Below, piece by piece: positions 14,182 through 20,000 of a DNA stretch of 20,000 nt (its first letter is position 1; every line of letters starts with the position of its first letter). The notes below the pieces were generated by a model, which worked only from the letters and a program-made list of their open reading frames with translations, was not told the origin of the DNA and made no database searches. Made by a program: the position numbers and the translations under genes. The stretch is taken from the sequence record DRR723986_4006; one strand, written 5' to 3'.

Positions 14182-16590
14182 TTAGTCTTTTACCTCAATA
14201 ATAATTGGTGGAATTTGAGAACCATTACTATCCTTGATATCAAAAATTGCAATGTTTCCACCTTTTTTCATGGTTGAAAGATTGGCAATACTTTTGTTTG
14301 ATATGGTATTACCTTTTATAAAATCTGTTTTTACTCCTGGTATTTTTAGCTTAAATGTAACTATCTTTCTAGTAGATAATGTTAGTTGTAATTTTTTTAT
14401 TTCTAATCTTGTTAAAACAATTTTAGCCCCTACAAGTTCTCTGTTATTGATGTAGATTTTTGGTGAATCAGTATTGGGTTTTTTTTTATCCTCTTTCAAG
14501 GCTTTTTCAGGTTTAGGTGGCGGAGGAGGGAAACTTGGCCAAGGTTCTGATGTTTTCTTATGCGCCTCTGACATACTATTGTAAATAGCTTTGTATTTTT
14601 TTATCTCGCTTTGTTTTACAAACATATTTGAGTAATCGTTAATTTTTTCTGCTTTTGCCATAGCAGTATTTAGTTTTTTAGCCCAAGTATTGTATTCTGT
14701 AAATTCAATAACCGTAGGTCTTTTTTGTTCTTCTGATGGTGGAGGCGGAGGAGGAGGTGGAATATTAGGGAAAGGTTCAGCATTTTTACGTTGCTCATCT
14801 GTCATTAAGTTATTGTAAATATGCATATAAGGTTTAACCTCTGATAGTTTAATAATTGGGTATTCATAAGATTTACTTTCATTAGCCTTTTTAATAGCAA
14901 TATTTATTTTTTTAGCCCAGGCGTTATATTCTGCAATTTGTTCTTTTGTAGCCTTTTGTTGTTCGCTTACTGAAATATTTTTTTCTGATCCGCTCAACTC
15001 CATATCTGGAAAAGGATATACAACAGCTTGTTTTTTCTGTTGAGCTGACATTCTTTTATAGATTTTTGAGAATTTAATTAAGTCTTGTTCGTCAATTGGT
15101 GGATACCAAGTGGCATCAACTGAAAGTTTTTTACTTTCATTATGTATCTTTTTAGCCCAAGCATTATAGGCTGCAATTTCTTTTTCTGTCGCTTTTTCTT
15201 GTTTATAGTTAGAATTATATACGGTCGCTTCTTTTGGGCTAAAAGCGAGCACGCTCAAATTAGGACCTAATGCAGACATGATTTTTTCTACGAGATCTGC
15301 ACTTTCTCTTTTTTCAGTTTTTAGTCTTACACCTGTTCCTGCAAATTTTATAATGCTATTAAAATCCTCTTCTAAGGTTTCTAATGTTGTTTTCTTATCG
15401 TTCAGCCATAGGTTTTGTTCAGAATCAATTCTTAGAACCGGTTCATTATAATAGAACAAGTCAGTTGCATCCTCATCAGAATATGGAATAGGTCTTGTCT
15501 TGAAAATATTAAATTGGGTTTTCTCTTCATCTGAAAATGATTTAAATAAATCATCGGCAACCGATTTTAAGTGTTTTGCTCTTTCATCGTCAATGTATCT
15601 GTTATCATTTATAAATAATCTAACTGCTTTGTTATAATTATCGACAGCTTCTCTATAGGTTTTAACTTTATCCAATTGAGATTTGGAAACTTCAGATAGA
15701 TTCGATAAAAGGTAATCTCTTTCAACATATTCGTTTTCCGCAAATCCATAATAAAGAATTGCACTTATTGGAATGAGTAATAGTATACTCAACCAATTTC
15801 TGGTTTTAGATGTTTGTGTTTTCATAACTGTAAAACGTTTTTTGAATGATGAATAATTGATGGCACTCGAGAGTTTAAAGTCCTGAGTGTTTGATGAAAA
15901 TTGTAATAATATATGTTGATAGGTCTTTGCTTCTATACCTTGATTAAGCACAGACTGATCAGCTAAAAATTCGTGATTAAGCTTAACATTTTGTTTTAAT
16001 ATGTATATCAATGGATGAAACCAAAAGACGATTTGCAATAACTCAATGAGTATAATGTCCAAGCTGTGTAGTTGTTTAGCATGTGTTTCTTCATGCAACA
16101 AAACCTCTTTTGGTATTTTGTCGTTGTTGTATTTTACTTTATTTAAAAATATGTACTTAAAAAACGAATGTGGTATTCGATACTCCTTTAATAATACGTA
16201 GATAAAAGATTGTTGCATTACCTTTTCGTTTCTCAAAATATTAAAATAAAGCTTTATAAGATTTACAAAAAAGCGAACACTAAAAATTAAAGCGCCTAAT
16301 CCATAAATGTACCACAGGACAGTTTCTAAACTAATTCTTGCCAAGCCTTCTGTAGGTGTTTCTTGTGCTAAGGTATCCATTGGTATGTATAATGGTATGC
16401 CTTGAAAATTTTGTACTACTGGCTCTACATAATAGGTAATGGTTAGCAATGGAATGATTAACGCCGCCGAAAATGAACCTAATAGATAAAATCGTTTAAA
16501 GCGATGCATTTTTTGTTGTTCTAATAAGAGTACATAAACCAACCAAAAGACCAATAAACAAGCCGAAAATTTTAATAAATAAATGTCCAT
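14182..16590 (-). CDS. M56 family (BlaR1/MecR1-like) membrane metallopeptidase / signal transducer
   Basis: N-terminal TM helices, PHSFFKYIF, HEETH zinc motif, WFHPLIY, NHEFLAD and KKRFTVM, followed by a TM helix and a ~520-aa C-terminal tail. Directly downstream of a blaI-like gene. Confidence 0.93.
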   Translation of the reverse strand: MDIYLLKFSACLLVFWLVYVLLLEQQKMHRFKRFYLLGSFSAALIIPLLTITYYVEPVVQNFQGIPLYIPMDTLAQETPTEGLARISLETVLWYIYGLGALIFSVRFFVNLIKLYFNILRNEKVMQQSFIYVLLKEYRIPHSFFKYIFLNKVKYNNDKIPKEVLLHEETHAKQLHSLDIILIELLQIVFWFHPLIYILKQNVKLNHEFLADQSVLNQGIEAKTYQHILLQFSSNTQDFKLSSAINYSSFKKRFTVMKTQTSKTRNWLSILLLIPISAILYYGFAENEYVERDYLLSNLSEVSKSQLDKVKTYREAVDNYNKAVRLFINDNRYIDDERAKHLKSVADDLFKSFSDEEKTQFNIFKTRPIPYSDEDATDLFYYNEPVLRIDSEQNLWLNDKKTTLETLEEDFNSIIKFAGTGVRLKTEKRESADLVEKIMSALGPNLSVLAFSPKEATVYNSNYKQEKATEKEIAAYNAWAKKIHNESKKLSVDATWYPPIDEQDLIKFSKIYKRMSAQQKKQAVVYPFPDMELSGSEKNISVSEQQKATKEQIAEYNAWAKKINIAIKKANESKSYEYPIIKLSEVKPYMHIYNNLMTDEQRKNAEPFPNIPPPPPPPPSEEQKRPTVIEFTEYNTWAKKLNTAMAKAEKINDYSNMFVKQSEIKKYKAIYNSMSEAHKKTSEPWPSFPPPPPKPEKALKEDKKKPNTDSPKIYINNRELVGAKIVLTRLEIKKLQLTLSTRKIVTFKLKIPGVKTDFIKGNTISNKSIANLSTMKKGGNIAIFDIKDSNGSQIPPIIIEVKD
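14509..15195 (-). repeat. Three ~65-75 aa protein-level repeats within M56
   Basis: KATEKEIAAYNAWAKK...IYKRMSAQQKKQA..YPFP / KATKEQIAEYNAWAKK...IYNNLMTDEQRKNAEPFP-P8 / RPTVIEFTEYNTWAKK...IYNSMSEAHKKTSEPWP-P5. Confidence 0.9.
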
Positions 16591-16592
16591 TG

Positions 16593-16958
16593 TTACTTGT
16601 TTTTAATTTGTTGATCTATAATAGACTTTAGTTGCTCTAATTCTTCTTTTGTTAAATCCGTTTTTCTGGTGAAGAAGGATACAAATTGCGAAGCACTATC
16701 GTTAAAGAATGTTTTTATTAACCCATTAACATGCTTAGAGAAATAATCTTCCTTTTTTACTAATGGAAAGTACTCTCTCGATTTACCGTAAGTTTTATAA
16801 TCTACAAATCCTTTACCTATCATTCGTTTCAATAAAGTTGCAACAGTTGTTGTTGCAGGTTTTGGCTCTGGATATATATCTAATAGATCTTTCATAAATG
16901 CTTTTTCAAGTTTCCATAGATATTGCATAAGTTGTTCTTCAGTCTTTGAAAGTTCCAT
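16593..16958 (-). CDS. BlaI/MecI/CopY family transcriptional repressor (paralogue 2)
   Basis: LSKTEEQLMQYLW...PKPATTTVATLLKRMIGKGFV...YFPLVKKEDY...FFNDSASQFVSFF. Confidence 0.93.
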   Translation of the reverse strand: MELSKTEEQLMQYLWKLEKAFMKDLLDIYPEPKPATTTVATLLKRMIGKGFVDYKTYGKSREYFPLVKKEDYFSKHVNGLIKTFFNDSASQFVSFFTRKTDLTKEELEQLKSIIDQQIKNK

Positions 16959-16959
16959 G

Positions 16960-17015
16960 CTCTACATGTTTAGAATTAACTCTACAAATGTAGAGTATAA
17001 AATCGAAATATCAAA
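16960..17015 (-). promoter_or_regulatory. Promoter and operators for BlaI paralogue 2
   Basis: Perfect palindrome ACTCTACA-AA-TGTAGAGT (16979-16996) contains TACAnnTGTA; a second degenerate site lies at 16960-16975. The minus-strand -7 TACATTTG (16992-16985) and -33 TTTG (17015-17012) have a 19-nt spacer. Confidence 0.85.
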
Positions 17016-17044
17016 ATCACTTAGTCTAAAATGCTCTAAATACT

Positions 17045-17052
17045 TATATTTG
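17045..17052 (+). promoter_or_regulatory. -7 promoter element for the M28 peptidase
   Basis: TATATTTG matches the Bacteroidota TAnnTTTG consensus, about 25 nt before the ATG. Confidence 0.55.
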
Positions 17053-17077
17053 TTATCCTTAGAAGTGAAAATCCCAA

Positions 17078-18469
17078 ATGATGAACAAGACATTTCTTTA
17101 TATTATTGTTGTTTTTACAACACTTAATTTATCCCATTCACAATCAATACAAGATATTATTGATGAGGTGAATCAATCAAATTTAGAAACAAATGTTGCT
17201 ATATTAGCTGGTGAACAAGATGCTGTAATTAACGGAACGCTACAAAATATTCCAACTCGTTTTAGAACAGTAAATGATTTAGCCGCTGATTTTATTGAGG
17301 AACAACTACTCGCTTTAGACAATTTAACAGTAGAAATTCAGAATTTTAATACGGCTGGTAAAAACGTAATAGCAACTCAGGTTGGTCAGACCAATCCAGA
17401 TGATATTTATATTATTTGTGCGCACTATGATTCTGTTACGACCTTTTGTGCAGATGATAATGCATCTGGTGTTGCTGCAGTTATTGAAATTGCTAGAATA
17501 ATGTCTACGCAATGCACGGACAATACTATTGTTTACGCCTTATGGGATGAAGAGGAGAATGGGCTGAATGGTTCCAATTTTTATGCACAAGCCGCAGCAG
17601 ATACTACCAATGGGAATACCAGAGATAATATATTAGGAGTTATTAATATGGATATGATTGGTTACGATGGAGATGCGCCAGGTACTGCCGGAGATAACGA
17701 CTTTGATATCGATGTTAGAAACTTTGCAAATTCTCTTGGTATGGTAACTGATTTACAGCAGTTGCTCATGGATTATACCTTTGATTTAAATCCTATAGTA
17801 GTTAATCCAGGAACGACAGCCAGTGATCATTCTCGATTTTGGAATCAAGGATATTCAGCAGTATTGGTAGGTGAGTCATGGGAAACAAATGACCAAACAC
17901 CAGATTACCATACGTCTAACGATCAAAGTGATGATATTGACTTACAATATATGACAGAAATCACCAAGCTTGTTGCAGCCTATGTCGCTACAAAAAGTGG
18001 ACTGGTTAGTGTTGATAATACTGTAACACAAAATTCTACTAGCCTAACATCTAACGCTGCTTCTGCCTCATATCAATGGTATAACTGCGATACGGATAGT
18101 GCTATTGTTGGTGAAACCAACCAAGTTTTTAGTCCATCAGTTAATGGTAATTATGCAGTAGAAGTTACTAGTGGATCTTGCACAGAGCGCAGTGCCTGTT
18201 TTAATTTTAACACGCTTTCTAATGAGCAATTTGACAATGCAGATATAAAGATTTATCCAAATCCGGTCTCATCGGTATTAAAAATTGAAAATCAATCTGG
18301 AAATGAAATTACAATTAAAATATGTGATATCAGTGGTAAAGTTTTTAAGACAATTGAGACTTTAAAACAAGAGCACACTATTGATTTTGAAGACGTAAGT
18401 ACAGGTGTTTATTTTGTAACGGTATCATCGTCATCAAAATCGTCTACGTACAAAATTGTAAAAGAATAA
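17078..18469 (+). CDS. M28 family zinc peptidase with T9SS type A C-terminal sorting domain
   Basis: Signal peptide; AHYDS, ADDNASG, DEEENGLNGS, NMDMIGY, SDH and YHT motifs; C-terminal IKIYPNPV...GVYFVTV...KIVKE. Confidence 0.93.
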   Translation: MMNKTFLYIIVVFTTLNLSHSQSIQDIIDEVNQSNLETNVAILAGEQDAVINGTLQNIPTRFRTVNDLAADFIEEQLLALDNLTVEIQNFNTAGKNVIATQVGQTNPDDIYIICAHYDSVTTFCADDNASGVAAVIEIARIMSTQCTDNTIVYALWDEEENGLNGSNFYAQAAADTTNGNTRDNILGVINMDMIGYDGDAPGTAGDNDFDIDVRNFANSLGMVTDLQQLLMDYTFDLNPIVVNPGTTASDHSRFWNQGYSAVLVGESWETNDQTPDYHTSNDQSDDIDLQYMTEITKLVAAYVATKSGLVSVDNTVTQNSTSLTSNAASASYQWYNCDTDSAIVGETNQVFSPSVNGNYAVEVTSGSCTERSACFNFNTLSNEQFDNADIKIYPNPVSSVLKIENQSGNEITIKICDISGKVFKTIETLKQEHTIDFEDVSTGVYFVTVSSSSKSSTYKIVKE

Positions 18470-18470
18470 T

Positions 18471-19859
18471 TTATCCTTTCAATTCTGAAAAGTATTTGTA
18501 AAACCAAGGAATAGTTTCGATACCCTTTAAGTAATTCCAAATGCCAAAATGCTCGTTTGGTGAGTGAATAGCGTCACTATCTAATCCAAAGCCCATTAAA
18601 ATAGTTTTACTTTTCAACTCTTTTTCAAATAAAGAAACAATAGGGATACTTCCTCCACTACGTTGAGGTATTGGTGTTTTTCCAAAGGTCTGCTCATAAG
18701 CTTTCGAGGCGGCTTTATAACCAATACTATCAATTGGAGTGACATAACCTTGTCCACCATGATGCGGAGTTACTTTAACTTTAACTCCTGCAGGCGCAAT
18801 ACTTTCAAAATGAGATTTGAATAGCTCAGTAATCTCTTTCCAATCTTGGTTAGGGACTAATCGCATTGATATTTTAGCAAAAGTTTGGCTGGCAATAACC
18901 GTTTTGGCACCTTCACCAGTATAGCCTCCCCAAATGCCATTTACATCTAAAGTTGGTCGTATTGAATTTCGTTCATTGGTGGTATAGCCTTTTTCACCAT
19001 AAACGGCATCAATATCTAGTGCCTTTTTATAGCCTTCTAAAGAAAATGGTGCTTTTGCCATTTCTGCACGTTCAGCATCAGAAAGATTTTCTACCTTATC
19101 GTAAAATCCTGGAATTGTAATATGATTGTTCTCATCATGTAATGAAGCAATCATTTTAGTTAGTACATTAATAGGGTTAGCAACAGCGCCACCATATAAG
19201 CCAGAATGTAAATCTCTATTTGGACCGGTAACCTCTACTTCAACATAACTTAATCCTCTTAACCCTGTGGTGATAGACGGTACATCTTTGGCAATCATCC
19301 CTGTATCTGAAATAAGAATAACGTCGTTAGTTAGCTTTTCTTTATTTGCGGAAACGAATTTTCCAAGATTCGCACTACCAACTTCTTCCTCACCCTCAAT
19401 CATAAATTTTACATTACACGGTAATTCGTTATGTTTTGTCATATATTCTAAAGCCTTCACATGCATATACATTTGGCCTTTGTCATCGCAAGCTCCTCTG
19501 GCGAAAATAGCACCATCCGGATGTAATTCTGTGTTCTGAATTACAGGCTCAAAAGGTGGGGAATTCCATAAATCTAAGGGATCTGGTGGTTGCACATCGT
19601 AATGACCGTAAACCAGAATAGTTGGTAAATTTTTGTCAATTATTTTTTCTCCATAAACAATCGGGTAACCTTCGGTTTCACAAATTTCTACATGGTCACA
19701 CCCAGCTTCTTCTAAACTAGTCTTAACGACTTCTGCAGTTTTAAGTACATCTGCTTTATATGCTGAATCTGCACTTATTGATGGGATTTTTAAGAGATTG
19801 ATAAGTTCATCTAAAAAGCGTTGTTTATTTACTTTGATATAGGAATTTATATTTTGCAT
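18471..19859 (-). CDS. M20 family dipeptidase (ArgE/DapE-like)
   Basis: YGHYDVQP, ARGACDDKGQ, EGEEEVGS, DLHSG, GGSIP and HSPNE motifs. Minus-strand TATTTTTG -7 element at 19886-19879. Confidence 0.93.
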   Translation of the reverse strand: MQNINSYIKVNKQRFLDELINLLKIPSISADSAYKADVLKTAEVVKTSLEEAGCDHVEICETEGYPIVYGEKIIDKNLPTILVYGHYDVQPPDPLDLWNSPPFEPVIQNTELHPDGAIFARGACDDKGQMYMHVKALEYMTKHNELPCNVKFMIEGEEEVGSANLGKFVSANKEKLTNDVILISDTGMIAKDVPSITTGLRGLSYVEVEVTGPNRDLHSGLYGGAVANPINVLTKMIASLHDENNHITIPGFYDKVENLSDAERAEMAKAPFSLEGYKKALDIDAVYGEKGYTTNERNSIRPTLDVNGIWGGYTGEGAKTVIASQTFAKISMRLVPNQDWKEITELFKSHFESIAPAGVKVKVTPHHGGQGYVTPIDSIGYKAASKAYEQTFGKTPIPQRSGGSIPIVSLFEKELKSKTILMGFGLDSDAIHSPNEHFGIWNYLKGIETIPWFYKYFSELKG

Positions 19860-19924
19860 AAGAATACTAGGTTTCTAGCAAAAATAAGAAAAACAAGCCT
19901 CATTATTTTCTTAATTAAAACCTA

Positions 19925-19954
19925 TTTGAATATTCAAAGTATTGTTTATATTTG
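19925..19954 (+). promoter_or_regulatory. tRNA promoter
   Basis: TTTG (19925-19928), 18-nt spacer, TATATTTG (19947-19954), 10 nt before the tRNA. Confidence 0.7.
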
Positions 19955-19964
19955 CAGTCCTTTT

Positions 19965-20000
19965 GCAGGCGTGGTGGAATTGGTAGACACGCTAGACTTA
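19965..20000 (+). tRNA. trnL: tRNA-Leu, 5' half (anticodon TAN, probably TAG; truncated by window end)
   Basis: GCAGGCG-TG-GTGGAATTGGTAGACAC-G-CTAGA-CT-TA...: acceptor stem, Leu-type D arm and start of the anticodon arm. Confidence 0.9.

Noticed and set aside
13335-14455. + strand ORFs 13335-13580 and 14234-14455
   Set aside because: Antisense shadows of DUF4407 and M56.
14182-16958. BlaI/M56 pair as a beta-lactam resistance locus
   Set aside because: No adjacent beta-lactamase or PBP, and no recognisable penicillin-binding sensor domain in the tail.
17324-19539. ORFs 17324-17512 (-) and 19267-19539 (+)
   Set aside because: Antisense to the M28 and M20 peptidases; spurious.
19965-20000. 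tRNA as an integration site for a genomic island
   Set aside because: Only the 5' half is visible; no integrase or att duplication is seen in this window.

Overview
AT-rich chromosomal window from a Bacteroidota bacterium, most likely a marine Flavobacteriaceae (TAnnTTTG promoters, T9SS C-terminal sorting domain, typical gene content). It is mostly housekeeping or conserved: a response-regulator 3' end, DUF456, a TonB-C-like lipoprotein, Bax inhibitor-1/YccA, OM barrels, GT2 plus an LPG-synthase-like membrane protein, ruvC, hemW, cyclase, DUF4230, MmcQ/YjbR, a PhnA-domain protein, DUF1272, STAS, an NTF2-like protein, DUF4407, M28 and M20 peptidases, and the start of a tRNA-Leu. No transposase, integrase, phage gene or CRISPR array is visible. 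Notable points: (1) there are two BlaI/M56 (BlaR1-like) loci; the first appears broken by a deletion joining a 57-codon M56 N-terminus to the 3' end of a TPR gene; (2) the intact M56 sensor has an unusual periplasmic tail (ExbD-like segment, three helical repeats with polyproline, GldM-C-like terminal domain); (3) the two BlaI paralogues have distinct operators sharing a CTA-N6-TAG core; (4) a candidate ~90-nt sRNA with a UCCCUCU loop sits behind a 22-bp-phased motif array downstream of the response regulator; (5) there is a small pseudogenised membrane ORF and a REP-like GTAG hairpin. All family calls are by-eye motif recognition, not database searches.
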